Of a stretch of 63,638 nt of DNA, positions 1 through 10,400 are shown piece after piece. Within the stretch, counting starts at the first letter, position 1. Every line of letters starts with the position of its first letter. A model generated the notes under the pieces. It ran no database searches. It saw only the letters and a program-made list of their open reading frames with translations, and was not told the origin of the DNA. The translations under genes were made by a program, and so were the position numbers. Source of the stretch: Euryarchaeota archaeon UBA443 (GTDB taxonomy: Archaea; Thermoplasmatota; Poseidoniia; Poseidoniales; Poseidoniaceae). Where the stretch lies: positions 1-63,638 of the forward strand of contig DAKS01000047.1 in the NCBI GenBank assembly GCA_002499195.1, written 5' to 3'.

Positions 1-35
1 CAAGACTCAAGAGAATGAGGCACAACATTTGACCA

Positions 36-1100
36 ATGTCGGAGGAACTCATCGATTCGGATATTCGGATGGCTCAGACCCTTCCCTCCGAATTTTACAC
101 CGAGGAGAAGTACTTCACAAAGCAGATGGAGGAGATCAGGCAGTGCCTCCAATTTGTTGGCCATCAAAGTGAATTTGATTCCGATATGACTCCGATTCCA
201 CATCTTGAAGCTATTTTGAAGCAACCTCTTCTTCGAACGAATCATGAATCAGAGAAGCACCTTCTTGCCAATGTCTGTACTCATCGTGGCATGATCTTGT
301 GTCAGGAAAAGAAAAACGGAAATTCAATTCAGTGTAAATATCATGGAAGGACATTCGAAAAAAATGGAAAACTAAAACACATGCCTGGATTTGAGAACGT
401 TGAAAACTATCCAGCAGATTCTGATAATCTACCTTCTCTCAATCTTGAAGCATGGTTTGGATTTGAATTCACCTCCCTCAATCCTTCTCTGAAACTTGAA
501 TCGATCTTACAACCTATTGAGCAGAGATTGAATTGGTGGGTGAAGGATTTGAATCTACAACACGATGCTGCAAGAGATCGTGAATGGGATATTGATGCAA
601 ACTGGATCCTGTATGTTGATAATTATCTAGAAGGTTTTCACATTCCATTCGTTCATCCAGAACTCAACAACGCATTATCGAAAGAGGAATATTCAACAGA
701 GTGTTATGAAAACGCTGTTTTACAGATTGGAATGGCTAATGAAAACGATATTTGTTTTGATATTCCTGATGATGCTGTCGATGCTGGAAAACGTGTTGCT
801 GCATATTATTGGTGGCTTTATCCAAACATGATGATGAACATCTATCCATGGGGCGTTTCAATGAATATCATCGTTCCAACTAGCGTGAATACGACGAAGA
901 TCTTGTTCAGAAGTTATGTTCAAAATCCTGAACTCTTAGAGATGGGGGCTGGAGCTCTTCTCGATAAGGTTGAACTTCAAGATCAGAATGTTGTAGAAGG
1001 ATGCATGCGTGGACTTCGGTCCCGCTTGTATCATCGTGGGAGATATTCCGCAATACATGAAAAAGGAGTCCATCATTTCCACATGAAACTTACGCGCTAG
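36..1100 (+). CDS. Rieske non-heme iron oxygenase alpha subunit (choline monooxygenase-like)
   Basis: Rieske ligands NVCTHRG...CKYHG; mononuclear Fe motif DNYLEGFHIPFVH plus distal Asp (ELQD). Confidence 0.9.
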   Translation: MSEELIDSDIRMAQTLPSEFYTEEKYFTKQMEEIRQCLQFVGHQSEFDSDMTPIPHLEAILKQPLLRTNHESEKHLLANVCTHRGMILCQEKKNGNSIQCKYHGRTFEKNGKLKHMPGFENVENYPADSDNLPSLNLEAWFGFEFTSLNPSLKLESILQPIEQRLNWWVKDLNLQHDAARDREWDIDANWILYVDNYLEGFHIPFVHPELNNALSKEEYSTECYENAVLQIGMANENDICFDIPDDAVDAGKRVAAYYWWLYPNMMMNIYPWGVSMNIIVPTSVNTTKILFRSYVQNPELLEMGAGALLDKVELQDQNVVEGCMRGLRSRLYHRGRYSAIHEKGVHHFHMKLTR

Positions 1101-1112
1101 ATTGTTCTTTTT

Positions 1113-3689
1113 TCAGAATTTCGTATATTGTTTTTCTACAAAATAACGGTGTTGTTCATTAGCAGGAGGCTTTCCTCGCCGGATCAACATAATGAGTAGT
1201 ATTGATATCAAAATAAGAACTGATATGGCTACAACAGCTCTCACCTCTTCACTATCCATTGAATTTTGTTCGATTTTCACTTCTGTTTCGATATCGATCG
1301 AATCGTCACAGCCATCGGGTATCATATCTAGATCTAAGTCGATAGCATCATCATGTTCTGGACAAATATCGAATTCGTCTGCTACACCATCATTATCCGA
1401 ATCGATCAATTCATCACACCCATCTGGAACACCATCAGAATCAATATCTATGGAATCATTATGGTTGTTACAAATATCTGTTAAGTCGGATACGCCATCA
1501 CCATCGGAATCAATCAATTCATCGCATCCATCAGGGATATCATCAGCATCAACATCGACTGTATCATCAAAATTATTGCAAACATCATCCGCATCCGAGA
1601 CGCCATCATTATCTCTATCGATGAGATCATCACAGCCATCTGGTATTGAATCAAAATCACTATCGATTAAATCGTTGAAGAACGGGCAGGCATCTTCTGC
1701 ATCCGAAACTCCATCGGAATCAGTATCTAATTGGCTGTCGCTACAACCGTTTACATAAACGGATTCTCCAATCGGAGTTTCTTGACATAAGTCATCTACA
1801 TCCATGATCCCATCTTGGTCTGCATCAGTAGTACTTCCTGGTTGTCGTTGTTCTTCACTACAACCATCAATATACACTTCTGTTGATTCTGGAGTATCAG
1901 GGCAATCGTCTTGGTCATCGATTACTCCATCGGAATCAGAATCTAAAATTGGATGAAATAAATCATCCATAGCGGATGAGATTTGCGCATCCCAACGTAA
2001 ACCGTGTTCTCTCAAGCCTGCTTCATTGAAATGAATTGTATCGTAACGCCATTGCGTACCATTCAGATCGTCGGTATGAGGCCCAGGGAACGTCAATGGA
2101 TCATCTTCAATCACTGCGTTTTGGCCCTCGATTATCCATCCCATCTTCACAGAATCTCCGTTGGGAACAAAACTTACTCGAGCCACAATCCAAGGAATCT
2201 CATAACCTGCATGTTCTCTACTTCCAAGCACGACTTCTCCTAACATTCTAGCATAATCTTCCGCACTTGTTCCGCCAGCATTGCTTTCTCCCTGATGCCA
2301 TAGGATGGCTCTTGCACCACTCGGCTCAACAGCATCTAATGCATCTGTAATTCTTGAAAACAGATCGTTCTGTTCTGGCACCCATCGATCGACTGGTGTA
2401 CCGCCATAACCCACTGAAAGAAAACCAATGGGAACATCATATCGAGCTGCTAGCAAATCTCCAGCAACTGGCCAAGGAGAACCACTATTTCCTGTAGCAG
2501 CAGGTTGGGGATCATAGCCAAAACGCCAACCACTAGCCCCCCAAGTGCTCACTCTAGAGTCAGTAGGAGTAAGTGGAGCATCGCCATGATTTGCAGAATT
2601 CGATTGGCCAGCAACAATGAATACTTCTCCAACTCCAACTGGATTTATGACTTGAGTCGCTAGTTGATTACCATCTTGCATGAAACGTAGTTCTAGTCGA
2701 TGCCAGCCAGTTGGAACCTCAATCACGCCATAGAAATTCGAACTCAAAGGTACTGCGATAGAAACCCATTCAGATTCAAAACTAGATTCGAGATCGATAT
2801 ATCGGCCTTCGATTAAATCGACTGCATATTGTGTTGTTCCACTGACTGGAAAAATACCCTTGTTGTATTCATCTCGTTGAACGATTTGATGATCATCAGG
2901 TGAATGTAATGTTATCATCAATTCCGAAGGAGTAGGCCCTGGGCGTACAAGAATTGTCATGCTTTTCAGAGTATAATCTGCAGCGTTTGAAGAAAAAGTC
3001 CAATCTGGATGTCCACTCTCATCGGGGTTGTTTCCTATGCCAAGATCATCTTGATTAGAACCACCCCAGGCATTGTATGCGAAGAGTGTCTGACCCGACT
3101 CGTAGTCATGTATTTGCATACTTCCATAACCAGCAGAATCAGCACTATATTGAGAGTCGGCAATATCGTAAATTGAATCGTTTCCATTGGGAACACCTAA
3201 TGAGTCCGCAGTTCCATAATTAGTCCCCCAGAATTCAATGACTCCCGTATCAATTGTACCAAGTGAGGAAAGATTCTGGTGATTGGATTGGATTTCAACA
3301 TCCGTTAATAACCGATTGTGAACAATTCCAGAATTAAAGGTCGGAATCCCTAACTCATCAGCATTTGTAGTAATGCTGGGAAAGGAGACAAAGACCCATG
3401 TTCGAGGTTGATTTGGCTTCTCTAATTCAAGATAGTAAGCAACCCGATCGAAAGTAAAATCAATGCTTGAACTAGAATCGATTGAGTACGGTATTTGTCC
3501 GTTATTGTATTGAGCCTCATCAGGGATATCTAGCTGATATACGACCGTGTAATTATCCGAACCGTCTACATCATCTGAGACTGTTTCTTGAATCGGATAA
3601 GAATCAGTAAGTAAGACTTCAGTCGGAGACTTCCATGTAGATACTAGAAGAAGAAAAATCAAGGAAACAACAACTTTTCCTCGACCCAT
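1113..3689 (-). CDS. Membrane-anchored SGNH/SASA-type O-acetylesterase with TSP3-like Ca-binding repeats
   Basis: Signal peptide; GQSN, WHQGESN and DTIH motifs; many DxDxDG..D..D.C repeats; C-terminal TM followed by RR. Confidence 0.8.
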   Translation of the reverse strand: MGRGKVVVSLIFLLLVSTWKSPTEVLLTDSYPIQETVSDDVDGSDNYTVVYQLDIPDEAQYNNGQIPYSIDSSSSIDFTFDRVAYYLELEKPNQPRTWVFVSFPSITTNADELGIPTFNSGIVHNRLLTDVEIQSNHQNLSSLGTIDTGVIEFWGTNYGTADSLGVPNGNDSIYDIADSQYSADSAGYGSMQIHDYESGQTLFAYNAWGGSNQDDLGIGNNPDESGHPDWTFSSNAADYTLKSMTILVRPGPTPSELMITLHSPDDHQIVQRDEYNKGIFPVSGTTQYAVDLIEGRYIDLESSFESEWVSIAVPLSSNFYGVIEVPTGWHRLELRFMQDGNQLATQVINPVGVGEVFIVAGQSNSANHGDAPLTPTDSRVSTWGASGWRFGYDPQPAATGNSGSPWPVAGDLLAARYDVPIGFLSVGYGGTPVDRWVPEQNDLFSRITDALDAVEPSGARAILWHQGESNAGGTSAEDYARMLGEVVLGSREHAGYEIPWIVARVSFVPNGDSVKMGWIIEGQNAVIEDDPLTFPGPHTDDLNGTQWRYDTIHFNEAGLREHGLRWDAQISSAMDDLFHPILDSDSDGVIDDQDDCPDTPESTEVYIDGCSEEQRQPGSTTDADQDGIMDVDDLCQETPIGESVYVNGCSDSQLDTDSDGVSDAEDACPFFNDLIDSDFDSIPDGCDDLIDRDNDGVSDADDVCNNFDDTVDVDADDIPDGCDELIDSDGDGVSDLTDICNNHNDSIDIDSDGVPDGCDELIDSDNDGVADEFDICPEHDDAIDLDLDMIPDGCDDSIDIETEVKIEQNSMDSEEVRAVVAISVLILISILLIMLIRRGKPPANEQHRYFVEKQYTKF

Positions 3690-3786
3690 AACTTCGGGAA
3701 TTCATAGTGAGATATATACCCCTACATCTAAAATCACGGGAAAAACCAATCAATAAACTACTATTAGAGCAAACATGGGGACGAGA

Positions 3787-4146
3787 ATGAATAAGGTAAA
3801 TCTCACTGAAAAGTTTGCTCTCTTTTCAGAGCACTGGACGCCAAAAATTATTGCAGAACTAAATGATTACCAGATCAAGATAGTCAAAGTTGAAGGCGAT
3901 TTTGTGTGGCATGATCATTCCGATACGGATGAATTCTTTTTTGTCATCGAAGGTACATTATTCATTGAATTTGAATCCGAAACAATGGAATTGAATGCTG
4001 GAGAATTGTACGTTGTACCTAAGGGAGTTCAACATCGTCCATTCGCAAAAGCAGAATGTAAAGTCATGCTAATAGAACCAAGAGGCATAGTGAATACTGG
4101 AGAAGTAGATAGTGAATTGACCGCTTCAAATGACGTGTGGATTTGA
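3787..4146 (+). CDS. Cupin domain protein
   Basis: FVWHDHSDTDEFFFVIEG and VPKGVQHRP cupin motifs; start could be 3775. Confidence 0.9.
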   Translation: MNKVNLTEKFALFSEHWTPKIIAELNDYQIKIVKVEGDFVWHDHSDTDEFFFVIEGTLFIEFESETMELNAGELYVVPKGVQHRPFAKAECKVMLIEPRGIVNTGEVDSELTASNDVWI

Positions 4147-5217
4147 TCACTCTTCTTCTAGATATTTCTTTGAAATATTAATTGCAAAATTAGATTCCAT
4201 TTCTTCAATTGCATTACGGAGAACTAGGCCATGGTATAACTTGATTTTCTTTTCCTTTACCATCACATTGACAACTCTTTCCAATTCCATTAATTCTTGT
4301 TCTGATTCTGCCAATTCTATCTTCTTCAAACACTTCTTGAATTCACCTCTACGTGCAAAGAATATTACAAGATAAATTGGAATAAGAAGAAGTGGAATAA
4401 CCAATTCTTCAAAGATAATTTCGCTCAATCCTGACAAAGAGATTTCAAAACTCTCTGGATCGTATTCACTAGTAAATGAGTCAGCATTTAGTCCACCGCG
4501 ATAGAAAAATCCCGTATTAATGCCCATGTACATATTGAACGGTGTGGATTCAGCATCAAAAGCTTCTGAACCGCGGTCAATTTCAACATCGTCTGGCCAT
4601 CCATCATTATCATTATCGAAATCAATAATGTCTGGAATAGTATCTTTGTCCGAGTCTAATGGAGTTGATTCAGAATTGTAAGGATCGTATAAGATAGTAC
4701 CAGAAGATGCTGCTCTTTCCATCTCATTACGTATTCCATCTCCATCCGCATCATCATCATACTCATCGGGCATGAAATCTCCATCAATATCTGAACATCC
4801 TTTCAAGCGAATCTTACTCTTTCCGTATAGATAAGGACAGTTATCAGACATCTCATGCTGAGTTTGGTCAGCATAGCCATCACCATCCGAATCAGACCAT
4901 ATCACTGAATCCTCTGGCCAAACATCGATTTCGTCGTTGACGAGGTCGCCATCCATATCCGGATCACTAACATCGCCTATTCCGTCACCATCGAGATCCC
5001 GATGTTCAGATGCGTTGTTGGGAAACGCATCGGCACCCATCGAGGCATTCCAATGTTCATCGGGATCAGACCATCCGTCTCCGTCCGAATCTAAGCAACC
5101 TATCCGATCTTGTGTTGAATCACCTGCTTCACATTGAGGTGTTGTGTCATCGGCAACAGAAATGGCAGGAATAACAAAAAGAAACGATATCAAAATCGGA
5201 AGAAAGCGTTGTTTCAT
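4147..5217 (-). CDS. TSP3-repeat membrane protein
   Basis: Signal peptide, DSDGDGWSD/DLDGDGIGD repeats, one TM near the C-terminus, short helical tail. Confidence 0.75.
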   Translation of the reverse strand: MKQRFLPILISFLFVIPAISVADDTTPQCEAGDSTQDRIGCLDSDGDGWSDPDEHWNASMGADAFPNNASEHRDLDGDGIGDVSDPDMDGDLVNDEIDVWPEDSVIWSDSDGDGYADQTQHEMSDNCPYLYGKSKIRLKGCSDIDGDFMPDEYDDDADGDGIRNEMERAASSGTILYDPYNSESTPLDSDKDTIPDIIDFDNDNDGWPDDVEIDRGSEAFDAESTPFNMYMGINTGFFYRGGLNADSFTSEYDPESFEISLSGLSEIIFEELVIPLLLIPIYLVIFFARRGEFKKCLKKIELAESEQELMELERVVNVMVKEKKIKLYHGLVLRNAIEEMESNFAINISKKYLEEE

Positions 5218-5301
5218 GATTATTATTATTCATTGGTATATATTGCCTTTTGGAAGGCTAGAAGGGAAAACATTTCAATAGCATCAGTAGTAGTTGGTAT
5301 C

Positions 5302-5832
5302 ATGCTGAAAACCAATCTCTCTCTATTTGTTGTGCTCTTGTTCATCTCGGCCAGTCTTGCTGGATGTACATCAGAGGATGCTGAAGAGATTCAGATGTTT
5401 CCTCAATTCTCGAGCGTCGCTGATGATGGAGAAACATATGACAATGAACGCATGGAAGGAAACCCTTTCATCGTGATTTTCTCGGCGGAATGGTGTAATC
5501 TTTGTTATGATACAATGTTTTCAATCTGGGAAACTGAAGCGGAACTACCTGTTCTTGTAATGTCTACTGATCCAGCTGAAAACGCTGGCGGGTATACTCT
5601 ATCAGAGTGGCATGATTCTGCGAATGCAAGTGATGACCAAGATGATGATGTAGGGATTACCCTATCTTCTTACGCTTTCATGAAGGGTGTTGAAGCCGGG
5701 CAAGAACTAGGAATAACATCTCCAGGAACCGTAATCTTCGTGAATTCTGAAGGAATAATTACCAATACTCACGTTGGAGTTTTAGATGATACAGCCCTAA
5801 TTGCAGAACTATGGCAAGAAGCATCACTATGA
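5302..5832 (+). CDS. Thioredoxin-fold (TlpA/redoxin-like) lipoprotein
   Basis: Lipobox SLAGC; FSAEWCNLC CxxC motif; start moved to ATG 5302, with TTCAAT box at 5274-5279. Confidence 0.8.
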   Translation: MLKTNLSLFVVLLFISASLAGCTSEDAEEIQMFPQFSSVADDGETYDNERMEGNPFIVIFSAEWCNLCYDTMFSIWETEAELPVLVMSTDPAENAGGYTLSEWHDSANASDDQDDDVGITLSSYAFMKGVEAGQELGITSPGTVIFVNSEGIITNTHVGVLDDTALIAELWQEASL

Positions 5833-5872
5833 TGATGCAAAAGATATATTCTAGATACGTTCTGGCAGTGTC

Positions 5873-6235
5873 ATGGTCTTCACACATGATATGTCAGACT
5901 GGTTAAATTTCTCAATCGATGAGAATTGGCTAAACGAAAATATTTCTTGGAAAGATTTCGGAACCGGTGTTCGATTAGGAAAACTCAAGCGTGAAGAGAA
6001 AACATCACTTGTTCTCTATGAAGCTCAATCCGAAGTTGAAGTGGATGCTTTCATGCCTCATAGCCATCCTGGAGGCGAATGTTACGTCGTCCTCGAAGGA
6101 GAAGTGTGGGATGAGGATGGAACCTATCCAACAGGATCGATCGTCTGGATGAATCCTGAATCGGCGCACACACCGAAAACCCGTGGCAAGACGCTAATTC
6201 TTGTCCTATGGCCTCAGGGTGTCAAATCAGTTTGA
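5873..6235 (+). CDS. ChrR-like cupin protein
   Basis: MPHSHPGGECYVVLEG and NPESAHTP motifs. Confidence 0.75.
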   Translation: MVFTHDMSDWLNFSIDENWLNENISWKDFGTGVRLGKLKREEKTSLVLYEAQSEVEVDAFMPHSHPGGECYVVLEGEVWDEDGTYPTGSIVWMNPESAHTPKTRGKTLILVLWPQGVKSV

Positions 6236-6520
6236 TTCGAGATCATATTCGCCACTGATGAGCATTCCATCAAACAAAAATGGTCCTGCTGGGACAACTG
6301 CTGCAATGAATCCGTGAATTAGTGCTGTCATGTTCCATTGACGTCCCACGCCAACCAAAAGCAGTGCAATAAACGCCACAAAGAGGCCACCGTGAATAGC
6401 GCCTGAGAGGGATACGAGACTCGGATCACCGCCGATGTACTTGACAGGCATAGCCACTGCAAATAGGAACAGGGCTGAGAAGCCCTCAAGATAACTGACA
6501 AAGGATACGAGTTGCTTCAT
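6227..6520 (-). CDS. DUF3817-like small membrane protein
   Basis: SYLEGFS...AMPVKY...GAIHGGLF pattern, three TMs; ATG overlaps the stop of the upstream ATPase (ATGA). Confidence 0.7.
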   Translation of the reverse strand: MKQLVSFVSYLEGFSALFLFAVAMPVKYIGGDPSLVSLSGAIHGGLFVAFIALLLVGVGRQWNMTALIHGFIAAVVPAGPFLFDGMLISGEYDLESN

Positions 6521-7497
6521 GATTGAACATCCACCATAGGTCGACTTGAGCCACACGATGGACACATCTGCTCATCGCTGTCAAGATAGTCATGCTTGCA
6601 TGCTGGACATGTTTGTGCAAGTTCCATCTTGCCCATGGCTTCTACTGAATCGCCTTGTAAGGAGAGATAACCACTGGCAACGTTTCCTACAGTGTAGCGT
6701 CCTGCTCCACCCAATCGAACCAAGAGGTCAGGAGGTAGTGTAACCGTTCCAGTCTCATCGATGATAAGTTCTCTATCTTTGCTCAAATCTTCAACGTCGA
6801 TAGAGTCACCATGTTCAGCAACAAAGCGTCCATCTCGGAGTTCGAGCGAACGGTTTGCAAATGATGCCACTTCTTTCGAGTGAGTGACGATGAGGAAAGA
6901 GACACCATCATTCTCGTGAAGATCCTTGAACAATGCAAGAACTTCACGACTGGTTACTGGATCAAGTGCACCTGTTGGCTCATCGGCTAGAATCAATCGT
7001 GGTCGAGTAATGAGAGCACGGGCAATAGCAACACGTTGTTGCTCTCCACCACTAAGCATGGCAGGAAGTGCTCGTCCTCGATGTCCCATCCCTAACCGAT
7101 CGAGAATCGTATCTGCCTGAGAAAGAGCCTTCTTGGACGAAACGCCTTGATGGCGAAGCGGCTGTGCAACATTGTCTCTAGCATTCAAATCAGGGAGAAG
7201 ATTTCCTTCTTGGAAAATGAACGAAACGGTCTTTTGTCTTAGTTCAACCAGTTCTTGGCCTTTCAATCGCGTCATATTCTTTCCAGCAAGACTAACCGAG
7301 CCTGCACTTGGTTTCATCAATCCACCTAAACACTTCATGAGTGTTGATTTACCCGAACCAGATGGGCCGACAACTGCGATTGCTTCACCTGCTTTCATAC
7401 TGATATGGAGGCCTCTCAATGCAACGACGTTACCATCTTCTGCCTTCGATTCATACACATGATACAATCCATCCGATTCCAGAATAATATCGCTCAT
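6517..7497 (-). CDS. ABC ATP-binding protein (LolD/MacB-like) with AbrB-like and zinc-ribbon C-terminal extension
   Basis: [28 protein letters not shown]; tail [12 protein letters not shown] and CPAC..CPSC; start set at MSDII. Confidence 0.9.
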   Translation of the reverse strand: MSDIILESDGLYHVYESKAEDGNVVALRGLHISMKAGEAIAVVGPSGSGKSTLMKCLGGLMKPSAGSVSLAGKNMTRLKGQELVELRQKTVSFIFQEGNLLPDLNARDNVAQPLRHQGVSSKKALSQADTILDRLGMGHRGRALPAMLSGGEQQRVAIARALITRPRLILADEPTGALDPVTSREVLALFKDLHENDGVSFLIVTHSKEVASFANRSLELRDGRFVAEHGDSIDVEDLSKDRELIIDETGTVTLPPDLLVRLGGAGRYTVGNVASGYLSLQGDSVEAMGKMELAQTCPACKHDYLDSDEQMCPSCGSSRPMVDVQS

Positions 7498-7499
7498 CC

Positions 7500-10400
7500 T
7501 TATTCCCCCTTTAGCACACTGGCCAAATCTGCTGTTAACGCTCTTCGTGTTGTGACTAATAGTGCCACAACAACCGCAGCAAAGACCGCCAAGGACACGA
7601 GAATAATCTGTGACCATGGATAGACCAATGTCCGTTGTATCGTCGTCGATGACCCTCCAAATATCTGGAAGATAAATCCGAAGATATCAAAGAATCCGTT
7701 GAATGAGAGTGCCAATCCAACACCAAGAACGATACCAAGTGCCATGGAAACAACAACGATTGAAAGAATCTCGAACAGAACCAATCGGATGATTTGATTT
7801 GGTGATGCACCAATAGCTTGCAAGACTGCCAACTCTTTCTGTCGTTGACTTAGTACGAGCGAAAGGAAAACGAAACTGGAAGCTACAGCTGCAACACTCG
7901 CTACAACAAACTGCAAGGAAAGAAGACCTGGTGTACCAAAAATGAGTCCACCATTTCTCTCAACTTCCTTATGGGTACTCGACCAATCAAGAACACCGGA
8001 TACACGCGCATCTGCTTTAATCTGCGATGCAAGCGATTCCAGAGATTCTCCAGATAGTCCGTCAACGCGTACAATCCATGTTTTGGAAGTGAAATTGTCC
8101 GCAGCATCATCTCCAACGAGATCACGCCATGAATCTTCACCGATGATCAAGGCTGAAGCAATCGTTGCTGCACCGACACCTGGAATGTATTCGTGCGTCC
8201 CCATGTAGTACATGGAGGTCTTGTGAGGCGTTATGATAAGTTGGACTCGAGTATCCGCTAAGAAGAGATCCGCTGCTAGCGGTGGCGGAATTTCGCTCGC
8301 ACCACTTACACAACCAGTGTCATCGCTGTTGGTTCCATCAGGACATGTTGTGTTCGACAAAACCGATGATGAGAGGTCAAACAATCCAAAGGCACCTGCT
8401 AGATTTGCATCCGTGAAATCAGCGTCTTCCAATGAACCTCCCATAAAATTGACAAGAATTGCATTCTCAAGATTGGCTCCAGTCAAGTCTGCATCGCTCA
8501 GGTTCACATCAAGAAGAATAGATTCGCTCATGTTCAAATTCGAAAGGTCCGCACCAGTTAGGTTGGTGTTGGATAGGTCAACGCGCCCCAAATCTCTTTC
8601 ATTCAAGTCTTGGCCTGAGAGATCAAGTCCACTCCAATCAGCATCCATGAGTTGCGTGTACGAATCAAACAGAGCAAGCGGATCAGTTTCATTCGAACCG
8701 CCAGATGTGAAATTGAATTCGATCTCTTCCCAAACAAATGTTATTTCTCGGGATTTCTCATCACCTTGCTCGAGTAAGACATCGTCAAGCTTATTCTCGT
8801 CACCGCCACGATCTGAACCGGGCAAGTTAAGTGAATATGCAGAATCTTGACCAGCGGAGAACCCGTTGTTTGAATAGCCCTTCATTGCAGAATCAATGTT
8901 TGTTCCTGGAATAGATTGTTCACTCCAACGTAATACGTCTTCGTTGCCATCGAACAGCACGAACGTTTGCAAACTATCGCCGCCCTGTTCATCAGCAAGC
9001 GTAATTTCGGGTACACCTGTTGCAACTGGAATCACATCATCATCTGTAAACTCGTTAACAAGGGAGATGAGGGTTGTCGAATTGATGGCCTGTTCGGTTG
9101 AGATTTGGAGATCGGACCCGACGGTTGCATCAGCGGTCTTCTCATCAACAAGTGTCCCTGTATATCCTTGAACAGCTGCTAGGGTAACGATGGAAAGGGT
9201 GAGAAGCATAATTACAGCAAGTCGATTGACCGATTCTGCCGATCCTGATCCCTTCAATCCTCTCTTGACATCCTTGAGAAGCGGTGAACGCCCGAACAGG
9301 AGTTGCATGATTTGTGGGCCTTTCGCACCAATTCTTCCGAGAAGTAACGCCCCTCCAATCCATAGAGCAAATGGGCCGATAATTCCAATCAATCCTTCGA
9401 TGAAGAAATTGGAAACAATACCGTCTTCACTACCGTTCATTTCAAGCCAAGTATCAATCACTGCAAGCATACCGAACAGGAAAGCCGTCCAGTGAAGCCA
9501 CCGTTTTGGTTCTGCTTTTACCGTTGTTTTACGAACTCCCTCTTCGATTTCAAGTTCAATGAACTCTCGAGCTCGACTGCGTCCGAATATCATGGCAAGT
9601 CCCAATGTAGTGATCGCCGTGAACAATGTTGAACCAATTCCAAGTGTCGGATTAACATCAAAGTCACCTGTTCTGAATTCCATAAACCCTACTGCGGAAA
9701 GAACGATTGGTACTGCCATAAGAGCCAAGATATACCCGATGAGCCAAGCAACTGAAGACATAACAAACAGTTCCAAGAGAACCATTCCTTGCAGATTCTT
9801 TCCATCCGCCCCAATCACACGATGAATGCTAACTTCACGCCGTCGTTGTTCAAGAGAAAGAACCAATCCATAAATGAGAACTGCAAGGGATAAGAACACG
9901 ATTGGAATCATAATGATGTAATCGAATATTTGGATCAATCCAAGGAAAATATTGAGGAACAGAATCGTCCCTGAAACAATATCGGTGTAATACAATTCTA
10001 CGCCTGCATCGGTGTAATTACCATCTTGCACCCGAGTGCCTAGATCTTCAAGCCATTCAGCAGCGTCAGCTGTTGAAGTAGTGGGTAATTGTCCTCGATC
10101 GATAGTAACGCCAAGGTACATGTGATCGTTGTTCATGAGTGTTTGACGTTGTTCTTCCTCAAGCACTTCCCACGTAGTGAAAATAGGATTGAATGGGAGT
10201 GTAGGATTACCGAGATCCCATGGCTCATAGATACCCATAACGGTTAGATTTTCAACTGTCATCCACATCCTACAGTAGATCATTTCATTGTTTTCAGGCG
10301 TTATTTCTCCAGCACAGTTATCCTCGGTAATGCTTGCTTCAAGAATAGTTGATTCATCGACAACATAGGCGAAGGTGAGTTCATCAAGAACGTCTCCAAC

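Noticed and set aside
1192-1758. 188-aa Ser-rich ORF on the plus strand
   Set aside because: Antisense shadow of the Asp-rich TSP3 repeats (GAT GAT reads as TCA TCA)
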